DNA of 64,000 bases from Candidatus Nanohaloarchaea archaeon (GCA_042218075.1 JBDGRK010000005.1:4716-68715); one strand, 5' to 3'; numbered from the stretch's first letter, positions 8,505 through 19,109 are shown. Notes: generated from the sequence alone by a model not told the origin. Numbers and translations are program-made.

Positions 8505-9650
8505 TTACTTTTCCACTGCGCTCCTGTATATTCCGGTGGTCCATGCCGAAATCTGCTCCCAGCGGAAGTTCTCCTCCACCCTCTCCCTTGCCTTGTCGCC
8601 CATCCAGTCGCTCCAGCCCGGGTCATTCAGCGCGCGGTTCACCTGGTAGGCTATGGAGCCGGGATCAGCAGGATACGAGTGCAGACCGGTGTATTCGTGG
8701 ACTATAGTGTCCTTCATTCCTCCCACGTAGCTTCCCACCGTCATGGTCTTACAGGCCGCGGCCTCGAGAGGCACGATGCCGAAAGGCTCGTAGATCGAGG
8801 GCGCTACAGTCAGTTCAGCGCTTTTCATAAGTGAGAGAAGCTCTGAATCGGAAACGTATCCCGGGAAGTGGACCTTCTCCCCGACCTGATTCTTGGCTAT
8901 ACCCTTGTAGTGGTCTGTAGCTCCACTTCCAACCATTACAAACTTTGCCTCACCGGAGCTCTCGAGTATCTGTGGCATCGCCTCGATGAGGTGTCCTGGG
9001 CCTTTCTGCGGGTACATCCTCCCGACAAAGAGCACAATCTTCTCCCAGTCCAATGCGTAATTACCGTAGTTCAGGTTGCTCGAGTGAGAGTCAAACTTCT
9101 CTAGATCCACTCCATTCGGTATGTAATTGACCTTCTCGCCCGGGACGTTGAAACTATGCTTCACCTGCTCGGAGAACTCTCTACCAACGGTTATAACCTC
9201 GGAGGCCTCGTAGGTACCGTACCACTCAAGGTCGTGGATCGTGGCCTGGTACTCCGAGTCAATCCCGTCTCTTCCCTTCTGCATCGAGTGTACAGTGAAA
9301 ACCATGGGAACGTCTAGCGTCTTCTTTACCCCGACAGCTCCCGGCACGGTCATCCAGTCATGCGCGTGAACAAGATCGAACTTTTGCTGCTTGAAGATAT
9401 CTATCGCCTTCTTCTCCATCCTGTAGCCTAGATGCATCGCCCAGGAAATGGTATCGGTTGCGGAGTCAGTCGATGGAACCCTGTGAACCTCCACACCGTT
9501 CCTGTGCTCAACCTCTTCCTCATCGCCGTACGTGATCACTACAGGTTCATGTCCCTGGTCCGCGAGAGTTGTGGCCAGATCCTCACAGTGAGAAGCAATT
9601 CCCCCCGCCTTGTAGGGCGGATACTCCCATGTAAGGAAAAGCGGCTTCAA
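8505..9650 (-). CDS. Glycosyltransferase family 4 (glycogen-cluster associated)
   Basis: WEYPP..GG, HAHDW, IPNGVD, FVGR, YEPFGIVPLEA. Confidence 0.9.
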   Translation of the reverse strand: MKPLFLTWEYPPYKAGGIASHCEDLATTLADQGHEPVVITYGDEEEVEHRNGVEVHRVPSTDSATDTISWAMHLGYRMEKKAIDIFKQQKFDLVHAHDWMTVPGAVGVKKTLDVPMVFTVHSMQKGRDGIDSEYQATIHDLEWYGTYEASEVITVGREFSEQVKHSFNVPGEKVNYIPNGVDLEKFDSHSSNLNYGNYALDWEKIVLFVGRMYPQKGPGHLIEAMPQILESSGEAKFVMVGSGATDHYKGIAKNQVGEKVHFPGYVSDSELLSLMKSAELTVAPSIYEPFGIVPLEAAACKTMTVGSYVGGMKDTIVHEYTGLHSYPADPGSIAYQVNRALNDPGWSDWMGDKARERVEENFRWEQISAWTTGIYRSAVEK

Positions 9651-10249
9651 GAATATCTAACCTCCATCTCCTGTTCAATAATTTCGCTGTATTTTTTATA
9701 AACATCCTCTCTCCAGCCCGATTCAAAGGGATCAACCACCTCCAACTTTTCTCCGGGAACATCAAGATCGAAAAGCAGAGAGTTCTTTGTATCCTGATTT
9801 GTCGCGAAAAGAATGTCAGCCTCGAAGGCACCATCCCATTCAAGCTCGGAAATGATCTCGGCATGTTCGCCTTCAAACCCTCTTTCGTTCTCAGTCGACT
9901 GGAAGGTGATCGCCAGCTTTGCTCCAAAATGTTTCGCCAGCGCCACGCCTCCAGGTATCGCCGTCCAGTCAACCGCGTGAATCAGCTCAGGATCATCAAA
10001 TAACTCCCTTGCCTGTCTCTTGAGCTCATTATTCATCATCATCGACCAGCTGTAGAGATTGTCGCCATCGAAGGGAAGATCAACCCTCCTCACCTCCACT
10101 CTTTCATCCACCTCATAATATGAGCCATCATCGAAGGAAACGATCGCGGCATCACCCCCTCGTTCAACAACCATCTCCGCCAGATCCTTCGCGTGTTCCG
10201 AGGAGGCTTCACCCATCTCGAACCTCTGCGTCAGGTATATAGCCTCCAT
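9647..10249 (-). CDS. GT4 N-terminal-domain-only protein
   Basis: Paralogous to the N-terminal half of the neighbouring GT4 (HAVDW, TFQSTE, ELEWDG); no C-terminal nucleotide-sugar domain. Confidence 0.75.
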   Translation of the reverse strand: MEAIYLTQRFEMGEASSEHAKDLAEMVVERGGDAAIVSFDDGSYYEVDERVEVRRVDLPFDGDNLYSWSMMMNNELKRQARELFDDPELIHAVDWTAIPGGVALAKHFGAKLAITFQSTENERGFEGEHAEIISELEWDGAFEADILFATNQDTKNSLLFDLDVPGEKLEVVDPFESGWREDVYKKYSEIIEQEMEVRYS

Positions 10250-10251
10250 TT

Positions 10252-11421
10252 TCAGAACCTCTGTTCAAAGCCTCTTTTCTTGCTTTTTTCAACATCAGGC
10301 TGGGTGAAGGGATCTACGTCCCGGAACCATGCAGAGTAGACCGCGAGATAATGCAGGAATGCCACAAACCTGCCCAGGTTCCGGTGGGAAACATCGGTAA
10401 GGTTAAGAGTGATGTTCGGCATATCTTCCTCGTCGAGAGCTTCTTTCACACCCATGTACTCTGATTCAAGCGAATGGCTCAGCTCTTGGTCACGTAGACC
10501 CGAGAGCTTTTCCTCCCTGATATCCACCTCACCGAGTTCTTCCGGCACACTGAGTTTTTCCTTCTCATGGGCATTTGACCTCACAAACATCGTCACCACA
10601 TCCTTTCTTCCGCCGAAAATCCTCTGGTTGGTATGGTGCTGGCACTCAGGTCCAAGATCGCCGTAGAATGTCTGGCCCTCTCCCTGCTTGCACACAGTCT
10701 CGTGCATCAGCTGAACTGTCAGCGGGTAGAATCCAAACAGTCTCGTAGAGTAGAAAGGCGTGAAGACCTCGCTATATCCCTCTTCCTCAGCGCCGAAGAG
10801 AGTAGATGCAACGTTCATAGCGGGATTGTACTGCCTCTGGGGCGAAAGCTTCTCATACATCTGCTCACCGCCCTCCCTTATCTCCTCCACCTCTATACCC
10901 GCGAATGCGGCCGGCGCAAGAGCCGTCTCAGTCAGACCTGAAAATCTTCCGCCTACATCCCGATGCTCGATCCAGCTGTAGTCTCTCTTTTCGACTATCT
11001 GTTTCAGTGCTCCATCATTATCAGAGGTGACCGCACAGACCTGGAAACCTCTCTCCACAAAGTAGAGAAGTGATTCTACGACGCCAACGGTATCCCCTGA
11101 GTTGCTCACCGGCATGACCAGAGTCTCATCGGGATCAAGTTCCCTTGAAAGCGTATTCAGGTAGTCCGGATCCATGGTCGTAACAAGTCTGACATCCACG
11201 TCCGTCTCCCTGAGGAAAGCGTAGAGATAGGCCCTGAAGCTGGTAATAGAGCCTCCGTTCCCTATAACGATCAGGTTCTCGTAGTCATGCTCGTCTCTTT
11301 CATCGTAGATCGATTCGAAGTCGGGCTGAATGCCCACGAAATCAGGTTCTTCTCTCTTTACAACGTCCTGGTGTTCCCTCTTGTCCTGGCTGAAATGATC
11401 TATCTCTATCTTTATCGACAT
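10252..11421 (-). CDS. pgi: Glucose-6-phosphate isomerase
   Basis: IGNGGS, SNSGDT, VGGRFS, QLMHE, DPFTQPDVE.K. Start moved to the ATG right after the upstream stop. Confidence 0.85.
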   Translation of the reverse strand: MSIKIEIDHFSQDKREHQDVVKREEPDFVGIQPDFESIYDERDEHDYENLIVIGNGGSITSFRAYLYAFLRETDVDVRLVTTMDPDYLNTLSRELDPDETLVMPVSNSGDTVGVVESLLYFVERGFQVCAVTSDNDGALKQIVEKRDYSWIEHRDVGGRFSGLTETALAPAAFAGIEVEEIREGGEQMYEKLSPQRQYNPAMNVASTLFGAEEEGYSEVFTPFYSTRLFGFYPLTVQLMHETVCKQGEGQTFYGDLGPECQHHTNQRIFGGRKDVVTMFVRSNAHEKEKLSVPEELGEVDIREEKLSGLRDQELSHSLESEYMGVKEALDEEDMPNITLNLTDVSHRNLGRFVAFLHYLAVYSAWFRDVDPFTQPDVEKSKKRGFEQRF

Positions 11422-11422
11422 T

Positions 11423-13162
11423 CTATCCCTCCAGCGCCTCCAGGTGCGCCTCGCGGTAGTTCTCCCCAAGCTTTTCCCATGAAGTCAGCTGTGCCAGCCT
11501 TCTCGCATTGTGCTTTCTCTCGGTTATCTCTGTTTTAGAGTAAGACACAATATCCTCGATCATCTCCGCCAGTGAAGCCGCGACCTCATGGTCCGGTACA
11601 CCCTTCCTCTCAAGTATTCTTATGCCCTTCCTGTCCTTCTCATCCGTATTCTCGTAGAGAAACTGGCCGAAACCAGCCATATCGGTGGTTATAGACAGAG
11701 CTCCATTCGCCGCTGTCTCTACGGGAGTGTATCCCCACGGCTCGTAGTAGCTGGGGAAGATTCCCGCTGAAGTCGCGACTATAGCGTCCTCGTAGTCCAT
11801 GGAAAGTAGCTTGTCTCCCAGCGAGAGATAGGTCGGATAGAAAACAACCTTTACACGGTCCTGCTCCCTGTTCCTCAGGCCTTTCTCGTACAGTCTCTCA
11901 AGTATCTGGTCCTCGGGATAGCTTAGATCGAATGCGCATACAGGCGGAGAATCTCCCTTGTCATGGAAGTTCTCCTGCAGTGAATCGACCCTTCCCGAGG
12001 TATCATCTATCACCTTCTTCACAGCTTCTCCGGGGTCTCCCCGGGAGGTGAGCGAGGTAAGAAGCGTCGATCTTATCCTGGGACTCACCTCCTCAACGTA
12101 GTTCTCCAGTTCCTGGAAGAGCGACATGTTTTCCAGCACTTTATCTTTCGCGCCTGAAGTATCGGAAGGAACGAAGATGAAAACGAAGAAATCATCGCCC
12201 TCACGCTGGTTCAGTTCCGCCAGCGCATCGATGAAAACATCCAGTCCCTTATTGTGGAATTCGTACCTGCCTGAAATGTAGAGTATTCTGGGATCGTTCT
12301 CAAGGTCCACATCGTAGTAGGGTTCAAAGTATGCCTGGAGGAATTCCTTCATCTTCCTCTTTTTCTTCTTGTGCCGGTAGGAAAGCTCCTCAAGAGAGGG
12401 AAACTCTTCGACGTTGAAGCCGTTGGGTAGCACCCTGTCAGGTTTCTTCCCTAGCACTGCCTCTGCCTCTCTCGCGGTTGTTTCACTCACAGTTGTAAAG
12501 ACATCGGACTCGGATGCTGCCATCTTCTCCACCTGGTGCTTTGCCTCTACATCGTGCTCTTCCGCAAGAGAATCACCCACTTTTCCCGACTCCACCAGCT
12601 CCTGCAGATCATAATCCGAGTTGGATAGAGTTCTTCCAAGGAAGGTGGCATGAGTGGTGAAGACCGATGGTCCGGAGTACTCTATCAGCGCGGGGCCTGA
12701 AAGCCACTCGTGGAGCTGCACCACTGTATCTCCTTCCATCTCCTGACTTAGAGCTTCCACCACTTTTCCTACAGCATAGGACCATTTAACAGGTTCGTCA
12801 AAGTCCTCTCCAGCTTTGATCGAATCCACACCATGCTCCTCGTACATCTCCTCCTTAATTTCATCCACAGTCTTCTCCATTCCCGACGGATCCACGAGTA
12901 TACATCTCGGCTGTCCGGAAATCCTCCAGACACCTGTGTGTACTTCGATACCCTCCAGATCCCTACCGTTCAATCTTTCCAGACCGTCCGAGCATTCTCG
13001 TTCCGTAAATTCATCTATATCTTCCTGGTACTTCCCCACTGTAATGTAATTATCTCCATAGTACTTCTTCATAACCGAGGACTTCGAGCTGATAACCTGG
13101 TATATCCCTCCAACCTTGTTCGCTACCTCGAAAGAAACTTCTACAAAGTTTTCCACTTCCAT
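11423..13162 (-). CDS. Glycogen synthase, GT3 family
   Basis: EVANKVGGIY, HEW, FTTHAT, GRYEFHNKG, FPSYYEPWGYTP. Confidence 0.92.
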   Translation of the reverse strand: MEVENFVEVSFEVANKVGGIYQVISSKSSVMKKYYGDNYITVGKYQEDIDEFTERECSDGLERLNGRDLEGIEVHTGVWRISGQPRCILVDPSGMEKTVDEIKEEMYEEHGVDSIKAGEDFDEPVKWSYAVGKVVEALSQEMEGDTVVQLHEWLSGPALIEYSGPSVFTTHATFLGRTLSNSDYDLQELVESGKVGDSLAEEHDVEAKHQVEKMAASESDVFTTVSETTAREAEAVLGKKPDRVLPNGFNVEEFPSLEELSYRHKKKKRKMKEFLQAYFEPYYDVDLENDPRILYISGRYEFHNKGLDVFIDALAELNQREGDDFFVFIFVPSDTSGAKDKVLENMSLFQELENYVEEVSPRIRSTLLTSLTSRGDPGEAVKKVIDDTSGRVDSLQENFHDKGDSPPVCAFDLSYPEDQILERLYEKGLRNREQDRVKVVFYPTYLSLGDKLLSMDYEDAIVATSAGIFPSYYEPWGYTPVETAANGALSITTDMAGFGQFLYENTDEKDRKGIRILERKGVPDHEVAASLAEMIEDIVSYSKTEITERKHNARRLAQLTSWEKLGENYREAHLEALEG

Positions 13163-13264
13163 GTTAAAAGATTGCACAGGCTGTATAAAAACCTGCTCGA
13201 CCGCTGCTTGTTACCTGAGGCTCAAAAAGACAGCTTTTATAGTGGCTGCAGTGAATCTTCCACC

Positions 13265-15052
13265 ATGAGGTACACATTGCATGAACCCGGAGAAAAGAGG
13301 GGAGTGGTATCAAACCTCCACGGCTTCCTGCTCAGATACCTGGACACCGGGTTCAAAACAAAGTGGAGCGGGTTCTGGGTTCCGCCATACAAGTTTCTCG
13401 ACTACTTCGCGCTAAAGGTAAACGGGGTTTGGCTGGATGAAGGCACACTACAGGCCGTGGAATACGGAGAAGATTTTGTCTTCCACCACGAGACCGATTC
13501 AATGAAAATAACCGAGAAAATCTCCGCGCCTCCCGACCTCCCGGGCTTCAGGATAGAGCTTCAGATGGAGAACAAGATGGACTCTCCAAAGGCTATACAC
13601 GCGGTCGTTGAGCCAGGCATCGATATAAGGGAGAAGAGCGAGGACCTGAGCGATGAAGATTACACGGTGGAGACAACAGACAATCGACTTCTAGCCTCCA
13701 GAAAGGGAAAGAAGCTGGTGATTGAGTCAGAGGATATTTCGGATTTCTCTGGCAGAACCGAGTGGAAGCAACACTATCCCGGGGAGAGACAGCTCTGCGT
13801 GATTCCTCCAAAACCTGTTTTCAGGTCGGAGATAGGTGGTGGAGCTGTAGAAAACTTCGAGATGGATTTCAAGACCTCTGAAGGAGTTTTCGGGAAGGTA
13901 GAGTCGAGGGAACAGCAGCTTCAGCACGAACTGGGCAGAGTATTCAGCTGCAGTATTGAAAGCCTGGAGAACCTCACCTATGCCAGGAACGGGAAGGGCA
14001 TTATTGCAGGGCATCCATGGTTCCAGGATTACTGGGCAAGAGATAGCTTCTGGTCAATCATGGGTTACATTGATGCTGGATACTTCGATCTCTCCAGGGA
14101 GATACTCGAGAACTTTGCCGAGAAAGGGATAAGCGGAAAAATCGGGCTAGAAGCGGATAACTCTGAAGAAATCTACAGGGCGGATACCGAACCATTATTC
14201 ATAATCGCCTCGGAGAAGCTCAGGAGACACAGCGGTACTTCACCTGTTATAGAGAGAGCGAGGGGAAAAGCGATAGAGAAGCTGGAAACCTCCGAGAACA
14301 TAGTTGAACATCCCCCGGAAGGTACCTGGATGGACACCCTGGAGAGGGAAAAAGCTGTGGAGATACAGTCGCTCTGGCTGGAGGCTGCAGAAATAATGGG
14401 CGATGATCGAAAAGAGGAACTGGAAAAAGGGCTGGAGGAATTCGAGAACGGTGAAAAGTACAGGGACGAGCTGGAGGGAGGCCACAAAACCGTCAATCCC
14501 GCGATCCCTCTGATGTTCGGCCAGGCAAGCGAGGAAGTAGCACAAAAACAGCTGGAGAAGATAAATGGAGAGTTCTCGTCTCGTTACGGTGCTAGGACAA
14601 GGTCGGTCACGGACCCCGGATACGAATCAGCGGGCTACCACACAGGAAGCGTCTGGGGCCTGACGACCTGCTGGGCCGCGGCCGCCAACCTGAATTACGG
14701 TAAACTACAGGAAGGGGTCAACATGCTTGAGAAACTCAACTCTATGCTTGACAGGAACCAGCCTGGAGCCTTCCCCGAAGTGGTAGATGCGGAATCGGGA
14801 GAACTCCTGGGAGCCTCAGAGCAGGCCTGGAGCGCGGGAATGCTTCTTCATGTCGCGGACTCCTATCTTCTCGGAATAAATGTCGGAGATGATCGCGTGG
14901 AAATCGATCCTGCTGGAGAGGTTTCATGCAGGAGAATGGGAAAGAGGGTCGGAGAGCAAAGCCTGGATCTCGAGTTTCAGGATGGAAAGGTGGAGGTTCT
15001 GAACGACCCGGAGCTTGAAATAAGAACAGGCGAAAGGGTGAATGGAGAATGA
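13265..15052 (+). CDS. Glycogen debranching enzyme / amylo-alpha-1,6-glucosidase
   Basis: IAGHPWF..WARD, TWMD, AVEIQ, YHTGSVW, PEV.D, QAWS. Real start taken as ATG 13265, not 12833. Confidence 0.9.
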   Translation: MRYTLHEPGEKRGVVSNLHGFLLRYLDTGFKTKWSGFWVPPYKFLDYFALKVNGVWLDEGTLQAVEYGEDFVFHHETDSMKITEKISAPPDLPGFRIELQMENKMDSPKAIHAVVEPGIDIREKSEDLSDEDYTVETTDNRLLASRKGKKLVIESEDISDFSGRTEWKQHYPGERQLCVIPPKPVFRSEIGGGAVENFEMDFKTSEGVFGKVESREQQLQHELGRVFSCSIESLENLTYARNGKGIIAGHPWFQDYWARDSFWSIMGYIDAGYFDLSREILENFAEKGISGKIGLEADNSEEIYRADTEPLFIIASEKLRRHSGTSPVIERARGKAIEKLETSENIVEHPPEGTWMDTLEREKAVEIQSLWLEAAEIMGDDRKEELEKGLEEFENGEKYRDELEGGHKTVNPAIPLMFGQASEEVAQKQLEKINGEFSSRYGARTRSVTDPGYESAGYHTGSVWGLTTCWAAAANLNYGKLQEGVNMLEKLNSMLDRNQPGAFPEVVDAESGELLGASEQAWSAGMLLHVADSYLLGINVGDDRVEIDPAGEVSCRRMGKRVGEQSLDLEFQDGKVEVLNDPELEIRTGERVNGE

Positions 15053-15687
15053 TAATTGTCAACTTCAAGGCCTACGAACAGGCACAGGGTCCGAATGCTG
15101 TGGAGATAGCGGAGGATTGCATCAGTGCGATGGAGAGGACTGGTGAAAAAGTGATAGCCTGTCCATCCTTCCAGGATATGCTGAGGCTCGAAGATCATGA
15201 CATCGAAGTTTTCTCACAGCATCTTGACCCGGTTGATCCAGGCAGCCACACAGGCAGCGTTTTAGCGGAAGGATTGAGAAAATCAGGCGCCAGTGGAACG
15301 CTAATAAATCATTCAGAGAGAAGGATGGAGGAAGAGAGGATAAGGCAAGCTATTGAGAGGGCGGATTCGAACGGACTCACTACTGTTGTCTGTGCGCAGA
15401 CACCTGAAGAATGCGGCAGGCTGAGCCAGTTTCATCCCGACTATATTGCTTTCGAGCCCCCGGAGCTTATCGGAAGCCAGACCGCTGTCTCAAAGGCCAA
15501 GCCGAAACTGATCGAGGAAGCGGTCGAGAGCTCCGAAGTCCCAACTCTTACCGGCGCAGGGATCAAGGATAGGAAGGATGTCGAGAAAAGCGTGGATCTG
15601 GGTTGTGAAGGGGTGCTGGTGGCTTCTGGAGTTGTAAAGGCAGATGATGTGGAGCAGGAGGTGAAGCAGCTGTGCCGGGGCCTGTAG
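15049..15687 (+). CDS. tpiA: Triosephosphate isomerase (archaeal type)
   Basis: VNFKAY, GSHTG, NHSE, FEPPELIG, GAGI, GVLVASG. Confidence 0.95.
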   Translation: MIIVNFKAYEQAQGPNAVEIAEDCISAMERTGEKVIACPSFQDMLRLEDHDIEVFSQHLDPVDPGSHTGSVLAEGLRKSGASGTLINHSERRMEEERIRQAIERADSNGLTTVVCAQTPEECGRLSQFHPDYIAFEPPELIGSQTAVSKAKPKLIEEAVESSEVPTLTGAGIKDRKDVEKSVDLGCEGVLVASGVVKADDVEQEVKQLCRGL

Positions 15688-16931
15688 AAGCGTGGAGACA
15701 AAGCTACAGGGAAGCAAGTAAACTGGTCAAGGGGAATGTTGAGGTTCTCACAGGTTTCAACGCGAATATAGATGTAATCCACAGGAACTTCAATACCCCC
15801 GATGAGGAGCCTGAGTTGTATGAAAACGTGGAATCAAGGGAGCAGCTTTTACGCACACTGAGATACTGTTTAGAGAATTCAGAGAACAGGGAGGTAGAAT
15901 GTTCGGGGGTTGAGCTCGAGGGAGAGATGGAAAAAGTGGGGGGACAGGCAGCCATATTCTCCAACTTTATAGCGGGAACCGGGAACACTGTGATATTCTA
16001 TACACCCTTCCTCTCTAGAGAACTAGCGGAGGAGATGGACGAGAAAATACTCTTTCCTGTGGAGGAAAAAGGCGAGTTTTACCTGAAAAACGTCCAGGAC
16101 GCTGTAAACTCCGATAAAACCAAGAAAAACCATATATTCGAGTTCAATTCCGGCGACAGGAGCGGAAGACTTATACTCTCTGGATCGATCAAAGGTTTCG
16201 GGCCTTACTTCGAGAGCTCAGTCGAGTCCAATATGGCTCTAATCGAATCAAACATAGACTGCTGCATTCTCTCGGGCTTCCACGACGCAGATGGCAACGC
16301 TGAAGCGAAGCTGGAGAAGTCCGCCAGACAGTTGTCGGAAATCGAACCTCCAATCCATATTGAATATGTACACGATGAAGACACCGCAGCGAAAATCATC
16401 GAGGACGTTGTACCGGGGGCGGAAAGTCTGGGAATAGACGAGACCGAACTAGCCGAGATACTGGATCTGATGGGGGAAGATGGGAAAAAACCTTTCAACT
16501 TCGGGGAGGCTTTTTCCGCACTCACGACACTTATAGAGCAGCTTGGAGTCTCCAGGATACACCTCCACACCTACCGGTATCATCTATGCGTGGCGAGAGA
16601 GGATTACACAACAGAAGTTTCCAGGATCAGGGACTCCATGCTCTTCGGGGAGCTGGCAGCCATCCAGCTGTCTGAAAATGGAGAAATACCTGGAAAAAAG
16701 GGGATAGAGGATTTCGAACCGGATTATTCCATGAACGGGATTGAAAGCATGAGGAACTTTGGAGAATACCATGGTTTAGAAGACTTCCAGTCGAAGGGGA
16801 TTGCTAAAATCGACGGATTCAAGCTTGCAGGAATACCAACTCTGATAAACGAAGATCCCGAGAGAACGGTTGGAATGGGGGATATCATATCTTCTGGAGC
16901 TTTCTCATCGGAATTCAAGAGTTTCGACTGA
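15672..16931 (+). CDS. ADP-dependent glucokinase/phosphofructokinase
   Basis: GFNANID, GGQA, NHIFEF, ILSGFH, HIEY, TVGMGDIIS. Confidence 0.9.
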   Translation: MPGPVEAWRQSYREASKLVKGNVEVLTGFNANIDVIHRNFNTPDEEPELYENVESREQLLRTLRYCLENSENREVECSGVELEGEMEKVGGQAAIFSNFIAGTGNTVIFYTPFLSRELAEEMDEKILFPVEEKGEFYLKNVQDAVNSDKTKKNHIFEFNSGDRSGRLILSGSIKGFGPYFESSVESNMALIESNIDCCILSGFHDADGNAEAKLEKSARQLSEIEPPIHIEYVHDEDTAAKIIEDVVPGAESLGIDETELAEILDLMGEDGKKPFNFGEAFSALTTLIEQLGVSRIHLHTYRYHLCVAREDYTTEVSRIRDSMLFGELAAIQLSENGEIPGKKGIEDFEPDYSMNGIESMRNFGEYHGLEDFQSKGIAKIDGFKLAGIPTLINEDPERTVGMGDIISSGAFSSEFKSFD

Positions 16932-18249
16932 TCGACTCCCTGACCCTGCTCTCCACCTCTTCCAGTATCCTTTCCACATCTTCCTGAGTATCCGCCTCGC
17001 ACCTGACCGACATCTTCTCCTCAGTGCTTGAAGGACGCACCAAGGCCCAGCCAGAATCGAACTGGATCTTGACACCATCCAATATGGAAAGTTCATGGTC
17101 TGAATACTCCTGCTTCATGTCAGCGACAACATCCTCTTTTGCTTCCTCTGGACAGTCGATCCTGAGCTCCGGAGAGACGGGATAGTCTGGATAGCTTTCA
17201 AGTTTTTCCACCACGTCTCTCTCCGAAACTATCTGGCACATCAGGGCCGCGGCGAAAAGACCATCGTCCCAGGGAAAGCCGTAAGCGGGAAAGTAAAGGT
17301 GTCCGGATAGCTCACCCGCAAAGACTATATCCGGGTCTGAGTGAATCTCCTGAGAGAAAAACGTGTGACCTACCCTGGTAACTCCGGGATCACCTCCATT
17401 TTTCTCTATAATCTCTGGAACCAACTTTGAACATCTCAGATCATGAACAATTTTTCCCTTTTCCCTCTCAAGCGTTTCCTCTGAGAACAGTGCAAGTATC
17501 TCATCCTCATCTACATGACCGTGATCCGGTAGAATAAATCCAACCCTGTCTCCATCGCCGTCAAATATTATCCCCAGATCCTCATCCTCCATTTCTGCAT
17601 CGAGAGCTTCCTGCGCCTCATCATTAGTGGGATCGGGCAGGTGATTCGGAAAATCTCCGTCCATCTCTTCGTTTATACCTCTGACCTCGCATCCTATCTG
17701 CTCCAGCATCTCTCTTCCTATCACAGAGCTCACTCCATTGCCGTAATTTACCACTACTTCAAGCCCTTCCTCCAGATCCACAGCATCCTTTACAGCTGAT
17801 ATGTAGTCCTTCTTCAGCCCGATTTCAGATCTCTCCCCCACACCCTTCACAAAATCTTTCTGCTCATAAATGCGCTGCATTTCCCTCATTCCTCCTTCCC
17901 TTGACATTGCCTTAGCGTTCTGCTTGCAGAACTTGAATCCCGTGTACTTCGGGGGATTATGGGAGGCGGTCACCACCGCAGAGGATTCAAAACCGCTGTT
18001 TACCTGACCAAAGTAGACAACCGGCGAAGGAACGATACCCGCATACGCCACATCAGTACCTGTGGAGAGAATTCCCTGTATGAAGGCTTCCGTCACTTCC
18101 TCTCCATGCTTTCTTCCATCCCTGCCAACAAGAACCTCCCCAGCATCACTAAAAGTGCCGTAAGCTTTTCCAACTCTCTCAGCTTCCTCAATTCCGATCT
18201 CGTCCGGGTACTTTCCCCTCAGGTCGTAGGTGTGGAAGAAGGATGTCAT
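16915..18249 (-). CDS. Phosphoglucomutase/phosphomannomutase
   Basis: YDLRG, TASHNP, FDGDGDR, GELSGH, VRPSSTE. Start taken at MTSFF. Confidence 0.93.
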   Translation of the reverse strand: MTSFFHTYDLRGKYPDEIGIEEAERVGKAYGTFSDAGEVLVGRDGRKHGEEVTEAFIQGILSTGTDVAYAGIVPSPVVYFGQVNSGFESSAVVTASHNPPKYTGFKFCKQNAKAMSREGGMREMQRIYEQKDFVKGVGERSEIGLKKDYISAVKDAVDLEEGLEVVVNYGNGVSSVIGREMLEQIGCEVRGINEEMDGDFPNHLPDPTNDEAQEALDAEMEDEDLGIIFDGDGDRVGFILPDHGHVDEDEILALFSEETLEREKGKIVHDLRCSKLVPEIIEKNGGDPGVTRVGHTFFSQEIHSDPDIVFAGELSGHLYFPAYGFPWDDGLFAAALMCQIVSERDVVEKLESYPDYPVSPELRIDCPEEAKEDVVADMKQEYSDHELSILDGVKIQFDSGWALVRPSSTEEKMSVRCEADTQEDVERILEEVESRVRESISRNS

Positions 18250-18371
18250 GGATTGAATTTCTTGAACAGTATAAATAAGATTCAGCAATTCTACAAAATA
18301 TGTTTGGTTTCAACCCAAACATTTTTAATTTCAGGATTAAAATTAAATTTCAGCCACAAACAATAGCGGAT

Positions 18372-18677
18372 ATGTCAGAGAAAATTTTCGAGATTAGAGA
18401 AATAATGAGCGATGGAAAGATAGTTGAAGCCAAGGCATTCCACGTTCCAGAGTCAGATGACTACAGGAAGGATGTAAAATACAGCTTCCAGTATTTCAAT
18501 CCAAAAAATGGCGAAACAATACTGAGATATGATAACTATAACCAGCACTCGGGAAGTATGCACCAAAAACACATGGGTGAAGAAACTAAACCAACAGAAT
18601 TTGAGTCGATTGAAAAACAGTTCATAAAATTCATGCGGGAGGTGAGAGAACATGTCAGACGAAGAAAAAACCCTTGA
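18372..18677 (+). CDS. DUF6516 / TumE-like toxin
   Basis: VPES..Y...VKYSFQY...ILRYDN...H.KH pattern; overlaps the downstream HTH gene. Confidence 0.7.
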   Translation: MSEKIFEIREIMSDGKIVEAKAFHVPESDDYRKDVKYSFQYFNPKNGETILRYDNYNQHSGSMHQKHMGEETKPTEFESIEKQFIKFMREVREHVRRRKNP

Positions 18678-19035
18678 ACTTAAGGCGGGAAATCTGGAAA
18701 AGTTTGAGGAGGAGACTCTCGAACAGCTTGAGGAATTAAAGAAGGGAAAGGACAGTATAATCTTTGAGGATACTGAAATGTTCAGGAGGATGCTAACTGA
18801 GAAGCGCCAGGAACTCATTGAAGAAGTTATAGAAAATCCTCCAGGAAGCATCAGGAAACTCGCAGAAAACCTTGACAGAGGTCTCAGGGAAGTCCATGAA
18901 GACGTCAAGCTTATGGAAAACTACGGGATAATCCAGACTGAAGAAGACGGAAATACCAAAAAGCCCAGGATACCATACGACAGGATACACATAGAGATAG
19001 ACCTTCCTTTAGAAAACGAAATTGAAGAAAAATAA
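18652..19035 (+). CDS. HVO_A0114-like winged-HTH regulator (TumA-like antitoxin)
   Basis: LTEKRQELI...PGSIRKLAE.LDR....VHEDV..M...GII...K.P.IPYDRI. Confidence 0.8.
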   Translation: MSDEEKTLELKAGNLEKFEEETLEQLEELKKGKDSIIFEDTEMFRRMLTEKRQELIEEVIENPPGSIRKLAENLDRGLREVHEDVKLMENYGIIQTEEDGNTKKPRIPYDRIHIEIDLPLENEIEEK

Positions 19036-19109
19036 AATGACATATATTTCAGAAAAATTTAATTCGGCAAAATATGAAGAATAATACTTTAATAGATCGA
19101 AATTTTTCC

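Noticed and set aside
12833-13264. 144-aa N-terminal extension of the debranching enzyme
   Set aside because: It is antisense to the GT3 gene and the promoter region; the real start is ATG 13265.
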